Source: Planctomycetota bacterium (GTDB lineage Bacteria; Planctomycetota; MHYJ01; WSZJ01). Taken from it: 64,000 nucleotides of DNA. The notes beneath the pieces were generated by a model that made no database searches, was not told the DNA's origin, and saw nothing but the letters and a program-made list of their open reading frames with translations. The stretch covers positions 32,001-96,000 of the forward strand of contig JBBTCT010000001.1 of assembly GCA_038060895.1 (NCBI GenBank), read 5' to 3'. Both the position numbers and the translations under genes were made by a program. Of the stretch, positions 9,422-19,128 are shown piece after piece; position 1 is the first letter of the stretch, and every line of letters starts with the position of its first letter.

Positions 9422-11179
9422 CTACTTCGGCGCCCACTTCTCCTTCACCTTCTTCACGATCGCCTCCCACCGCGAGTCCTTGCGCATCTTCGCCAGGTCG
9501 GTGTCGTTCTTTTCCATGTGCACGATCGCGTTGCCGTCTTTCCCGTACCCGGTGTCGATGGCCTTGTCGAGCGCTTCGAACGCCTTGTCGAGATCGCCGA
9601 CGAGCGACCAGCAGCAGGCCTCGTTGTAGTAGGACCCCGAGACCTCGGGGGATTCCTTCCAGGTGTCGCAGAGCTTGCGGTATTCGGCGGCGGACTCGCG
9701 CAGGAGAGGTTCGAAGCCGGACTGCTTGGCCTCGATGATCGCCATTCCCGCCTCGTAGAGGACCTGCGCCTTGAGATACTGGTCGCGCGCCGCCTTGATC
9801 GTGACCTTGCGGAGCCCCTCGATGAAGCCCGCCTCCTTGCGAAGCGCCAGGAAGATTTTCGCGCCGTCGACGCGGGGATCGAAGAACGTGACGATGGCCT
9901 CGACGCCGTCATCCATCATCTTCTGGACCAGCTCCCACATCCTCGGGAAGTCCTTCTTCGCGGCGTAGAGGTAGATCCTCAGCCGGCGCCAGCGCTCGTT
10001 CTTCTCCTCGAGAGTCCTGGCGGTCTCGATGTCCTTCTCCGCGCGGTCGAAATCTCCTTCTTCGATGAAGACGCGGGCGCGCTGGCAGTACCCGTTGAAC
10101 GACACGATCACCCCTTCCTCGCGCTCCTTCCCGTTCTTCGCGAGGGTCGTCTTGTCGGTGAGCATTTTCTGGAGCTGGGGGTCGATGGCAAAGCGCTGCC
10201 AGGCCTCGAAGTCGCGGAGCGCGCCGGACCAGTCGTGGAGCTTCAGGCGGAGGTCGCCGCGGCGCAGAAGGGCTTCGGGGAAATTCGAGTCCCAGTTGAC
10301 GGCGTTGTTGAGCGCGGACTCGGCCTCGGCGAGCTTGCCGGTCCCTTCGAGTGCGAAGCTCCTCAGGTATGAGGTCGCGGGGCCGCCGGGCGCCGCGGCA
10401 TCGGCGGCGGTGCACGCGGCCAGCGCCTCTTCCCATTTTGAATTCTTCACGCAGACCATCGCCTTTGCGAGCCGGGCCCACGCGAGCTTCGGCGTCTCGG
10501 ACAGGATCCGGTCCAGCTCGCGCGCGGCCGAAGCGTGGTCATCGGCGTTCGAGACGAGCGCCATCGTGGCCGCCGTCCCCGGGTCGTCCGTGTTCGCCTT
10601 CACCGCCTGCGCCGCGGTATCGCGCGCCAGCGCGTTGCCGTAGTCGTATTGCGCCATGGCCTTGAAGCGCCAGGTGAGCGGGATGGAGCTGTCGTTCTGG
10701 CCGGCCTTGTCGAAATACTCCTCGGCCTTGTCGGGATGGCCGGCGAGCAATTCCTGGGTGCCGGCGCCGACGTAGCTCCATGCTCCTTTCAGCGCGCGGC
10801 GCTTGAGCCGCTCCGCTTCGTCCCATGCGGCGGAGCGGTCGAGATAGACGTCGAGCAGCACGACGATCCGGTACCACGAAGCCGCGGGCTGAAAGTCGTC
10901 CTTGATCGCGTCGGCGCGGGCGAAATCCGCGAGCGCGAGCGCGGGCTCGGTGTAGCGGCGCTCCCCGCCGCGGCCGATGAACGCGTCGATGCAGGAAGGA
11001 TCGAGCTTGATCGCCTGGTCGTACAACTCGATCGCCGCCTTGCCGTGCTTTCCCTTCGCCTGGTCGCAGAGCGCCCGGGCCTCGACCTCCGGCTTCGGCT
11101 TCGAATCCTGCGCGAAGGCCGGGCAGGCGGCCGCGACGAGAAGCGCGGCGCCTGCGAACGCTCCGCTGAGGCGCTTCAT
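9422..11179 (-). CDS. Exported tetratricopeptide repeat protein
   Basis: Signal peptide MKRLSGAFAGAALLVAAACPAFA; multiple TPRs; C-terminal YYNEACCWSLVGDLDKAFEALDKAI...DTDLAKMR end domain. Confidence 0.85.
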   Translation of the reverse strand: MKRLSGAFAGAALLVAAACPAFAQDSKPKPEVEARALCDQAKGKHGKAAIELYDQAIKLDPSCIDAFIGRGGERRYTEPALALADFARADAIKDDFQPAASWYRIVVLLDVYLDRSAAWDEAERLKRRALKGAWSYVGAGTQELLAGHPDKAEEYFDKAGQNDSSIPLTWRFKAMAQYDYGNALARDTAAQAVKANTDDPGTAATMALVSNADDHASAARELDRILSETPKLAWARLAKAMVCVKNSKWEEALAACTAADAAAPGGPATSYLRSFALEGTGKLAEAESALNNAVNWDSNFPEALLRRGDLRLKLHDWSGALRDFEAWQRFAIDPQLQKMLTDKTTLAKNGKEREEGVIVSFNGYCQRARVFIEEGDFDRAEKDIETARTLEEKNERWRRLRIYLYAAKKDFPRMWELVQKMMDDGVEAIVTFFDPRVDGAKIFLALRKEAGFIEGLRKVTIKAARDQYLKAQVLYEAGMAIIEAKQSGFEPLLRESAAEYRKLCDTWKESPEVSGSYYNEACCWSLVGDLDKAFEALDKAIDTGYGKDGNAIVHMEKNDTDLAKMRKDSRWEAIVKKVKEKWAPK

Positions 11180-11937
11180 TTGGGCGGCGCCTCCGCCCCC
11201 TGCGTGGGCACGACCACGACGCTGCATCCCGCCGACTCGAGCTCCCTCTGGAACTTGCGCGCCTCGTCCTCGGGGACGCCCTCAAGAACGTCGTTGGGCA
11301 GATTGTTAAGCATCGAGTCCGCGATGGCATCGGTCGGGAGCTTCTTCCGGATCACGGCCCTCGCCTCCGCACGCCGGCTTTCGTCGAAACCTTCGATCCG
11401 GACGGTCCAGAACGAAGCCTGGAAGAGTGCGGACGGGAACGCCTTTCCTTCGGCCTTGACGAGCGACTTGATCCGGATCAGCGAAGGCCGGATTTCTCTC
11501 GCCTCGACTTTGCCGTCCATAGCGGCCATCTGCATTTCGCTGATGTTCTTCTGGAATTCCTGCATGTACACCGGATCGCCGATTTTCGGCCCGTACGTCA
11601 CCTCGATGTAGGCGTCGATGAGCTGGCGCGCCTCGGTCTTCTCGTCCGCGGTCAGGTCCGACGGGTCGATGCACTGCTTGGTGATCGACCACGCGAGCAT
11701 CCCTTTCCATTTGAGCGCCACGACGCCGACGCCGATCGCGCCCACGACGCCGAGAATCACCGCGATGATGCAGCAGCCCTTGAAGCAGCCGCCGGACTTC
11801 TGGGGCATCGGCGGCGGAGCCTGGAAAGACCCGGGCTGGAAGGGGGACGCGCCGGGGGAAGGGGCAAACATCGCCTGCGGCGGGTTCAGGGGAGGCTGGG
11901 GCGGCGGCGGTGACGCAGGCGGAAACGGGTCAACCAT
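11176..11937 (-). CDS. Membrane protein with Pro-rich N-terminus and C-terminal ribosomal L7/L12-CTD (ClpS-fold)-like domain
   Basis: Pro-rich head, GCFKGCCII transmembrane segment, C-terminal LPNDVLEGVPEDEARKFQRELESAGCSVVV. Confidence 0.7.
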   Translation of the reverse strand: MVDPFPPASPPPPQPPLNPPQAMFAPSPGASPFQPGSFQAPPPMPQKSGGCFKGCCIIAVILGVVGAIGVGVVALKWKGMLAWSITKQCIDPSDLTADEKTEARQLIDAYIEVTYGPKIGDPVYMQEFQKNISEMQMAAMDGKVEAREIRPSLIRIKSLVKAEGKAFPSALFQASFWTVRIEGFDESRRAEARAVIRKKLPTDAIADSMLNNLPNDVLEGVPEDEARKFQRELESAGCSVVVVPTQGAEAPPK

Positions 11938-11963
11938 GCTTGTCTTTCCTGAATGCTTGGGGG

Positions 11964-14786
11964 TTACGGTACGAACCAGACCTCGCCGTTGTCGCCGGAG
12001 ATCGCGGCGCCCGCCGGACCCTGGGTCGCGGGAACCTTGACCGCCTGCCCGGCGCGAAACGACCACCGCGTCGAGCCGTCCGCCGCGCCGATCGCGCGTA
12101 CGAACCCGTCTTCACAAGGCACGAGCGCAAGCAGGTCGCCCAGGACGGGCGGCGCACAGGCGTCCGCAGGCAGGTCCGCAGTCCACAGGACGCCGCCGTT
12201 CGAGAGATCATAGCAGGCAAGCCGGCGCTTCGAAAGCAGCGCCACGCCACGCGTCAAGGCCGCCGCAACTCCACCGTAAACAGCGCCAGGACTCGGCTTC
12301 GTCCATCGCACAGCGCCGTCTGCACCGATCAGCGTGACCGCGCCGTCGGTTGTGGCGCAGAAGAGACCCTCGGAAGCAGCAGCGGCCGCCGCGCACGGCG
12401 AGGACAGTTTCGTCGTCCACGACACGCGTCCCGGCGTCCCCGAGACGACGCTTCCGTCCGCGAGCGCCACGGCCCAGGACGTCTCTCCGAGCGCGAAAGG
12501 GCCGTGCACGACCGCGCTGGACAGCTCCGCGCGGCCCAGCACGCTTCCCGTCGCCGTCTCGATCGCCGCGACGCCGCCTTCGGCCGGCGCGGCAAATACG
12601 GTCGAACCGTCCCCCGACGGCGCCAGCACGCCGCGAAGCCCGCTTCCCGCCGACTCGCGCCAGAGGAGCGTTCCCTCGGAGGCGTCGAGGGCCCAGATCG
12701 AGCCGTCCTGCGCGCCGGCGAGAATTGCGCCGCGAGCGGCAACCGGCGGGGTGATCCAGGGAAGGCTCGCAGCGCGGGCGCGCCAGAGGGCGTGACCGTC
12801 GCCGGAAGCGAGGGCGACCATGGTCCCGTCGGCGCTAACGATGAAGACGCCCGCGGCCGTCGTGGCGGCGCGCAGTCGGACGGCGGCGGATGCGCGGGCG
12901 GTCCATCGGGGCGCGCGCGGAAGGAGGATCGAAACGACCTCGGGCTGCGGGGACGCGACGAACATGAAAACCGGCTCGTGGCCGTCGAGCGTCGCGCGCA
13001 GCACGAGCGGGTCGCCGTCGGGAACTTCCACGAGGCAGGGAGAAAGTCCGGCTTTCACGCCGCCGGCCTCTACGGACGCGAGGGCAGGCGAAGTCTCCAC
13101 CCGAACGGCGACGCCGGCCTGGGGGGCGCGCCCGAACTCCGCTCGCAGTCTTTCGGCGGTCTTTCGCGCGTCGGCGACACGCCCGTCCTTCACCGCCGTC
13201 CGGTACTCCGAAAGAAGCGCCGCCGCGCCCGCCCGGTAACTCACGATCTTCGCCAGGCGATCCTTGCACCTGGCGGCCAGAGCGGCCTCGCGATTCTCCT
13301 CCGCCCACTTCAAAGCCGTCTGCACCGCCCCCGTCTCGTCGTCCAGTCCCATTCGTTCCAGCGTGTCGATCCGCCCCTCCGCAAACGCGCGCAGCGCCTC
13401 CGCCGCTTCAGCGTCCGCTTTTCCGCCAGCCAGGTCCTCCGCCGCACGCCGCGCCGCCTGCGCGGGACTCGACCACGGCCACGCGCGCGCGAACTCGTCG
13501 TACAGTCGACGCGCTTCGGCAGGACGTGAAGCGCGTGCCTGCTCGTCGACGGCGGTGAAACGGTGGCGCGCGAGGAATTCCCAGGTCGCGGCCCCGGCGA
13601 GCGCCGCGAACAGAACGGCGGCGGCGAGCCAGCCCCAGCGGGCGCGGGCGCGGGGGCGCGGCTCGGGGGGCAGAAGCGGCGGAGGGCGGTGGGCGATCGC
13701 CTGCGCGGCGTTGCGCGCCATCAGGCGCGAGGTCTCCTCTTTCTTCAGAAATCCGGGCGGCGACGCGGGGTTCGTGTCGGGCTTCGGCTCGAAGGTCGGC
13801 CCGTCCGTGAACGCCGCGGGCTTCGGCGTCGCCTGCCTCGACTCAGGTTCCGCGCCGGGCGCCCGCGACGTTCGCTTTTCCTCCTCCCAATCCACGTCGG
13901 GCACGGACTCGAGGCCGAAGCGCGTCATCGGCTGCGGAGGAAGCTGGGCGGGCTTTGGCGCGGGGGAAGACGCGAGCGATTCCGGCGCGCCCGGAGACAG
14001 CGCGGGCGCCGGCGCCGGTCCCGCGCCGAGGAAATCCCGCTTCAGTTGCTCCGTCGGCGTCGCGACCGCGACGACGCGGCCGCCGGGAAGGATTCGCCCG
14101 ACGCTGACGAGGTACGAAATGGCCTTAAGCGTCTCGAAGCGGAATTTGGGGGACACCTCGACGACCTGTTCGACGCCGCGCCGCCCGTCGCAGAGTTCGA
14201 TGATCTGGAGCGTCCTGTCGTCGAGCGGGAGTTCGCTCTTTCCCGGGTTCGGTGGCGCCTTCGAAAGGGCGAGGTCGGCGCGGGGAACCCTGGTCCCGAA
14301 CGCCTCCCACTCGGAAGCGCGCCGCGATCCTTCCTCGAGGAGCGGCGGAATCGGGAAAGGGTGCTCCGTCACGGGTCCGGCCTCCTCAAACAACTCCTGC
14401 GGCGGCGGCCCCTCGACAAACGAGGATTGCGCTTCGGTGAGCAGAAACAGGTCGAGAATCTCCTCCTGGATCTGCGAGCGGATCGCCTGGCGGATTTCGT
14501 CCTCGGTGATCTGGGCCATGAGGTAGAGCAACTCGCCGAAGCGAAGATTCGACTTGAGCTGTCGCTCCAGCACGAGATCAAGCTGGCGCTGGGAAATCTT
14601 CCCGGCCTTGAGCAGAACCTGCCCGATCCTGACGCCCCGCCGCTGCCCGCTCGCGACGAGCCGGACGCCGCTTCGCGCCGCGTACAGGTCCACGCGCCGC
14701 TCCCCGTCGCGAACGGTCAGCGTCCCCTCACGGCCGCTCTCGGCAAGGCCGTGCAGCAGAGTCGCAAGGGGAGGGGGAGCTGTCAT
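11964..14786 (-). CDS. DUF4388/MshEN-like + TM + PEGA-like + PQQ-like beta-propeller protein
   Basis: N-terminal LATLLHGLAESGREGTLTV and RIGQVLLKAGKIS...RFGELL; one TM; VRVETSPALASVE; repeated W-containing propeller blades. Confidence 0.8.
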   Translation of the reverse strand: MTAPPPLATLLHGLAESGREGTLTVRDGERRVDLYAARSGVRLVASGQRRGVRIGQVLLKAGKISQRQLDLVLERQLKSNLRFGELLYLMAQITEDEIRQAIRSQIQEEILDLFLLTEAQSSFVEGPPPQELFEEAGPVTEHPFPIPPLLEEGSRRASEWEAFGTRVPRADLALSKAPPNPGKSELPLDDRTLQIIELCDGRRGVEQVVEVSPKFRFETLKAISYLVSVGRILPGGRVVAVATPTEQLKRDFLGAGPAPAPALSPGAPESLASSPAPKPAQLPPQPMTRFGLESVPDVDWEEEKRTSRAPGAEPESRQATPKPAAFTDGPTFEPKPDTNPASPPGFLKKEETSRLMARNAAQAIAHRPPPLLPPEPRPRARARWGWLAAAVLFAALAGAATWEFLARHRFTAVDEQARASRPAEARRLYDEFARAWPWSSPAQAARRAAEDLAGGKADAEAAEALRAFAEGRIDTLERMGLDDETGAVQTALKWAEENREAALAARCKDRLAKIVSYRAGAAALLSEYRTAVKDGRVADARKTAERLRAEFGRAPQAGVAVRVETSPALASVEAGGVKAGLSPCLVEVPDGDPLVLRATLDGHEPVFMFVASPQPEVVSILLPRAPRWTARASAAVRLRAATTAAGVFIVSADGTMVALASGDGHALWRARAASLPWITPPVAARGAILAGAQDGSIWALDASEGTLLWRESAGSGLRGVLAPSGDGSTVFAAPAEGGVAAIETATGSVLGRAELSSAVVHGPFALGETSWAVALADGSVVSGTPGRVSWTTKLSSPCAAAAAASEGLFCATTDGAVTLIGADGAVRWTKPSPGAVYGGVAAALTRGVALLSKRRLACYDLSNGGVLWTADLPADACAPPVLGDLLALVPCEDGFVRAIGAADGSTRWSFRAGQAVKVPATQGPAGAAISGDNGEVWFVP

Positions 14787-14794
14787 GAGGGAGC

Positions 14795-15742
14795 CTACTT
14801 GGCAACGTTCTTGGTCAACTTGATCATCTGCCCGTTGGGCGGAAGCGGCAGGACTTCGACCTTGTCCATGAAGGAGCGCATCAGGTCGAACGACATGCGC
14901 GACTTCGATTCGTCCTTGAACTGGGCGCCGCAGGTGTAGGAATAGACGGCGACGATGAGCTCTTCTCCGCTCGAAAGCGCCGCGACGTGATAGGCCGAGG
15001 TCCCGGGTGGCGAATTCGAAACCATCATCGTGCACGCTTCGTCAACCGCCTGCTCGAGCCCCTGCTGGTCCTGCTCGGCGAATTTCATCCGACCGGCCTG
15101 CGCCGCCATCATCGTCCGCACCCACTCGAGGTCGTCCAGCTCACACGGGACGCGGATCTCCACGGCCTTCCACTTGCGCGGCGGATAGGCTTTGACGCCG
15201 CCCGCCCCGTCAGCCGCAAAGAACGACCCGCAGCGCGGGCAGCGGTACTTCCCTTCCACCCTGATCTCCAGCACTCCCGCACAAGTCGGGCACTTGAACT
15301 GCACGGGATAGGAGACCGCAGGCTTGGCCGCGACGGCCGGCGCCTGTGAAATTGCGGGTGCGGAAGCGGCCGGCGCGAGCGACTTCACGACCGCCGCCGT
15401 CGCGGCCGCCTCGTTCGGGTACAGGTCCACGAGCGCTTCGAGCCCGAGCATCTTGAAAAGCGTGACGACCTTCGCGGGGACGGAGATGAGCTTCATGTCG
15501 CCGTCCTTGCCGCGGTACTTGTCCACGAGCTTGATGATCAGCCCCATCCCGGTTGAATTGATGTAGGCGATTTCGGCGCAGTCGAGGAGCAGGTACTTCA
15601 CGCCTTCCTTGAGGAATTTTTCTATCTGCTCTTCGAACTGGGGGACGGTGGAGGCGTCGATGGAGCCCGCGAGCTTGGCGATGACGCCGTTGGCGCCGTC
15701 CGGCAGATTGAGCGGGCGGGAATTGACCTGCAGCTTCGACAA
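14795..15742 (-). CDS. STAS anti-anti-sigma domain + Zn ribbon + degenerate RsbW-like HATPase domain fusion
   Basis: LAGSIDASTVPQFE...YINSTGMG (STAS); CPTC..CPRC; LEQAVDEAC...LMRSFMDKVE (RsbW-like). Confidence 0.8.
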   Translation of the reverse strand: MSKLQVNSRPLNLPDGANGVIAKLAGSIDASTVPQFEEQIEKFLKEGVKYLLLDCAEIAYINSTGMGLIIKLVDKYRGKDGDMKLISVPAKVVTLFKMLGLEALVDLYPNEAAATAAVVKSLAPAASAPAISQAPAVAAKPAVSYPVQFKCPTCAGVLEIRVEGKYRCPRCGSFFAADGAGGVKAYPPRKWKAVEIRVPCELDDLEWVRTMMAAQAGRMKFAEQDQQGLEQAVDEACTMMVSNSPPGTSAYHVAALSSGEELIVAVYSYTCGAQFKDESKSRMSFDLMRSFMDKVEVLPLPPNGQMIKLTKNVAK

Positions 15743-15891
15743 AGGCGTGGCTCCGGAGAAGAGGCGGGAGCGATGGTCCGGATGATGGGAGCGAGTGTCA
15801 AGGGGAAGAGGCCGACCGCGGATTGCGTCACCATCGCTTCAGAAATGGTTCCTTGCCCGACGGTGCCCTTGTCGGCGTAGAATCGCCCTCC

Positions 15892-16995
15892 ATGCGCTGG
15901 GCTTTCTGGCGAAAAGAACCTGACCCTCCTCCGCGGACGCTCACCCGGCGCACGACGCGGAAGGACTCCGGCATCCGTCCGCCGGCCGCGCCGAGTCCGG
16001 GGAGCGAAGGGCCGCAGGAGACGATCGACGACCTGGCGCCGATGGAGGAAGCGCCTGCGGAGCCGAAGCGGAAGTCGAAGGCGCCGGCGGCCGCCGATCC
16101 CGGCGCCGGGCTTGGGTCCACGGCGACGCCGTCGAGCGGCGTTCCCGCGCTGGGCCGATCCACCGAGCGGCTCGGCGACCTGCTCGTGAAGAGCGGGGCG
16201 ATTTCCTCCGACGCGCTCGAAAAGGCTCTCGACACGCAGCGAGAACTTCGCGCGGACACCTACCTCGGCGAAATCCTCATCCGCGAGAACGCCATCGACG
16301 AGGAGAAACTCGCCGAGACGATTTCGCAGCAGTACCGGATCCCGCTCATCCGCATGGATGGCCACGAATTCAAGAAGGACCTGCTCAGCCTCCTCACCGC
16401 CGAGGACGCCTGGCGTCTGCGCGCGATCCCGACCGACAAGCTCGGCCGCATTCTCTCGGTCGCGATGACCAATCCGCTCGACGAGCGCGCCACCGCCGAA
16501 CTCGCCCGCATCACGGGCCTCAAGATCAAGCCCCTGATCGCCGTCGGCTCCGAACTACGACGCGCTCTGGACTTTGTCTATCCGGGAAGGGCGCCTTCGA
16601 CGATGCCGCGGCCGCGGACGACGCCGCCCGCGGTTAAACCCGCCGGTTCGCCCGGCACTTCCGCACGCTCCGGCGGTAACACCGGCCGCATCGTCCCCCG
16701 GGCTCCCGAGACCAGCACCAGGATCTCCCAGCTCGCCCCCGGCGCCAATACCATCCTCCGCCGCGCCACCAAACCCGCCGAGCAGCCCGTCGCCCCCGCG
16801 GAGGCGCAGGCGGATCGACTTCAGGCGGAAGCCGTGACCGACGAGGTCTTCGAAGGCGGCACCTCCACCAACCCCGAGTACATCCTGCGCCGCGTCCCGG
16901 AGCCCGGCCACCGCCGCCGCGCGACGCCCGCGACGCCGATCGGCGACGCCGAGTTTCTTCTCTTCGTGGGTTCGCTGCCGCGCGTCCGAAGCTGA
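15892..16995 (+). CDS. Stand-alone MshEN / GspE-PilB N-terminal domain protein (no ATPase domain)
   Basis: RLGDLLVKSGAISSDALEKALDTQ...YLGEILIRENAI and AIPTDKLGRILSVAMTNPLD; no Walker A motif. Confidence 0.8.
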   Translation: MRWAFWRKEPDPPPRTLTRRTTRKDSGIRPPAAPSPGSEGPQETIDDLAPMEEAPAEPKRKSKAPAAADPGAGLGSTATPSSGVPALGRSTERLGDLLVKSGAISSDALEKALDTQRELRADTYLGEILIRENAIDEEKLAETISQQYRIPLIRMDGHEFKKDLLSLLTAEDAWRLRAIPTDKLGRILSVAMTNPLDERATAELARITGLKIKPLIAVGSELRRALDFVYPGRAPSTMPRPRTTPPAVKPAGSPGTSARSGGNTGRIVPRAPETSTRISQLAPGANTILRRATKPAEQPVAPAEAQADRLQAEAVTDEVFEGGTSTNPEYILRRVPEPGHRRRATPATPIGDAEFLLFVGSLPRVRS

Positions 16996-17017
16996 AAAGA
17001 AAACAGCAACGTCGGGT

Positions 17018-18076
17018 TCAGGGAGAGGACGATTCCGAAGCGGCAACGACTCCCCAGTGCGTCGCGAATCTGCCTGCCGCCGCGGCATCCCGCGCTTTCC
17101 CCCCGAACCATCCGCTCTTCACGTCGAGCAGATACCACGCCGAACGCTCCAGCGCCGCCGGCCCGCCGGCAGGGTCGTCCGCGCTTCCTGCAAGCGCCGA
17201 CAGCGTCCGCCATGCCGCCAGGCGCGCCCGGGCGGCGCAGCGGCGCGGGGCTGCGTCGCCGGCGAGCGCGGCGCAGAAGAGCCACGCCCAGGCTTCGGCG
17301 GGGGTCGTTTCGCGCGCCCGGATGATCGCCTCCTCCGGCGCCGCCGCGGGCGCCAGCGCCGCGAACGCGCCCGCCGCTGCCGCCGGGGAGGGCGCTCCGG
17401 CCGGCCGGCCCGTCGCCGCGACCACTTTCGCCCAGTGCGCGAACGCCGGGATCGCCGCTTTCGCCAGCGCGGTCGCTTCGAGGTGCGTTTCCGCAGGGAC
17501 GACCGGCACGAATCCCTCGACGTGCGCGCCGAACGGAAGGGTCAGGGAAGCCCCTTCGGCCGAGTGAAGCGGCAGCCAGGCCGAGCGCTCGAGCGGGTGC
17601 GGGGCGAGGGCGAGGGAGCCGAGGGCATCGCCGCGTTCCGCCGAGCGGCGCGCGACGCCGAGAGCGAGCAGGTCGCCTGAGACATCTTCGCGCCGGAGGG
17701 CCCGCGCGTGCGCTGCGAGCAGCATGATTTCGTCCCGGAAGCCGGCGGCTGCGATCGCAGGCCACGCATGGGCCTGCGCGAGCCGGTCTGCGAGGTCCCC
17801 CTCCCGATCCTCCGGCAGGACCTCGGCCGAAATCCATCCCGCCAGCGCGATCATGCCGGCCGCGTCGGCAGCGGCGAGATTCTCGATCCGCTCCCGCACT
17901 GCCAGGTGCGGCTTCGCCGCCCGCTCTCCGGCCGCTTCCCGAAGCGCGCCAAGGTCCGCCCACCGCCCCTCGCGCGCGAGCAAGTCCGCCTCGGTGAAGA
18001 CGTGGCGCCAATCGGACTCGGTCGCCCTCGAGAGAGTTTCGCGGGCGTCGAAGGAGGATCCGGAGTCGTCGGTCAT
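17018..18076 (-). CDS. Hypothetical protein (DUF6183-like, tentative)
   Basis: 352-aa Ala-rich ORF directly downstream of PTS IIA; RARLAAWRTLSALAG and SGWF motifs recall DUF6183. Confidence 0.55.
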   Translation of the reverse strand: MTDDSGSSFDARETLSRATESDWRHVFTEADLLAREGRWADLGALREAAGERAAKPHLAVRERIENLAAADAAGMIALAGWISAEVLPEDREGDLADRLAQAHAWPAIAAAGFRDEIMLLAAHARALRREDVSGDLLALGVARRSAERGDALGSLALAPHPLERSAWLPLHSAEGASLTLPFGAHVEGFVPVVPAETHLEATALAKAAIPAFAHWAKVVAATGRPAGAPSPAAAAGAFAALAPAAAPEEAIIRARETTPAEAWAWLFCAALAGDAAPRRCAARARLAAWRTLSALAGSADDPAGGPAALERSAWYLLDVKSGWFGGKARDAAAAGRFATHWGVVAASESSSP

Positions 18077-18100
18077 GGCACGCCGCGCGACGCGCGGCCT

Positions 18101-18601
18101 CTACTCCAAAGTCTGGAAAACCCGGATGATTTCGTGCTCGTTCTTCGCGTCCAGCAGGCGCTGCCGCGATTCTTCCTTGAGGATGAGCGACCCGATCTCC
18201 TTGTAGATGCTCAGGTAGGTCTTGTCGTCGTACGGGGGGGCGACCATGGCGAAGAAGAGTTTGACCGGTTCCCCGTCTTGCGCCTCGAAGTCCAGTCCCT
18301 CGGAACACCGCGCGAAGGCGATGATCATCTCCTTGGCCTGCATCGTCCGCACGTGCGGGATCGCGACGCCCATGCCGACCGCCGTGGTGCTCTTCCGCTC
18401 GCGGTTTACCAGGTCCGTCAGCAGCTTCGACTTGTTCCCGGTCTTTCCCGAGCTGTCCAGCAGGTCGCACAACTCCGAGAGCGCCCCTTCCTTGAGATCC
18501 GCCCGGTGTTTCTCGATCGAACAGCCCTCCGGCGGCTCGGTAGGACGTGTCGCGAGTTCGATCTTGATCTGGGCAGGTTTGAGGTAGCGCGCGAGGTTCA
18601 T
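18101..18601 (-). CDS. PTS EIIA-type 2 (Ntr/Fru) domain protein
   Basis: REERKSTTAVGMGVAIPHVR-type motif (RERKSTTAVGMGVAIPHVR) with the phospho-His; DGEPVKLFFAMVAP. Confidence 0.9.
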   Translation of the reverse strand: MNLARYLKPAQIKIELATRPTEPPEGCSIEKHRADLKEGALSELCDLLDSSGKTGNKSKLLTDLVNRERKSTTAVGMGVAIPHVRTMQAKEMIIAFARCSEGLDFEAQDGEPVKLFFAMVAPPYDDKTYLSIYKEIGSLILKEESRQRLLDAKNEHEIIRVFQTLE

Positions 18602-18738
18602 GGAAGCGGCACGTGATAACTCAATGGACCGTCGACTGTCGACGTTTTCCTCTTGCGCGCTTCGCGCGGGCGGGCGGGCGGGCAACGACAGAACGGCCAC
18701 CGAAGTTGGGAGGCCGTCTTTCTTTGCCCGCTCGCCCG

Positions 18739-19128
18739 CTATCCCTTCGGCAAATCAGCCCGCGCTTTGATCCGCTCCATGCAGGCCGACCAGGTATTCA
18801 GCAACTCCGCAGCCTGGGCGGGGTCGCTTCCTTCAACGGTCGAACTGATGACCAGACGCGTTCCGGTTTCCAGCGGGTCGCACCAGAATTCCACGCGCGC
18901 CCCGGGCGTAAACTGGATCGCGAAAATCGTCGGCGGCGCCCAGAGCACGACCTGGCCCTTCGTGGAGGCGCTGGTCCAGCGGAAGCGCACTTCGCCGTTG
19001 AGCCGCGGCTCGAAGGTCACCTCTCCCGCCCCGAACCACCGGCGCACCTCCGCCGGCATCGTCAGGATCAGCCAGAGCCGGTTCGGCGGCGTCGCAATGT
19101 TGTCCTCGACCAGGATTTTCCTGATCAC
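18739..19128 (-). CDS. SRPBCC/AHSA1-like ligand-binding protein
   Basis: [22 protein letters not shown]...GTRLVI...W. GTG start overlaps the hbd stop (GTGA). Confidence 0.75.
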   Translation of the reverse strand: MIRKILVEDNIATPPNRLWLILTMPAEVRRWFGAGEVTFEPRLNGEVRFRWTSASTKGQVVLWAPPTIFAIQFTPGARVEFWCDPLETGTRLVISSTVEGSDPAQAAELLNTWSACMERIKARADLPKG

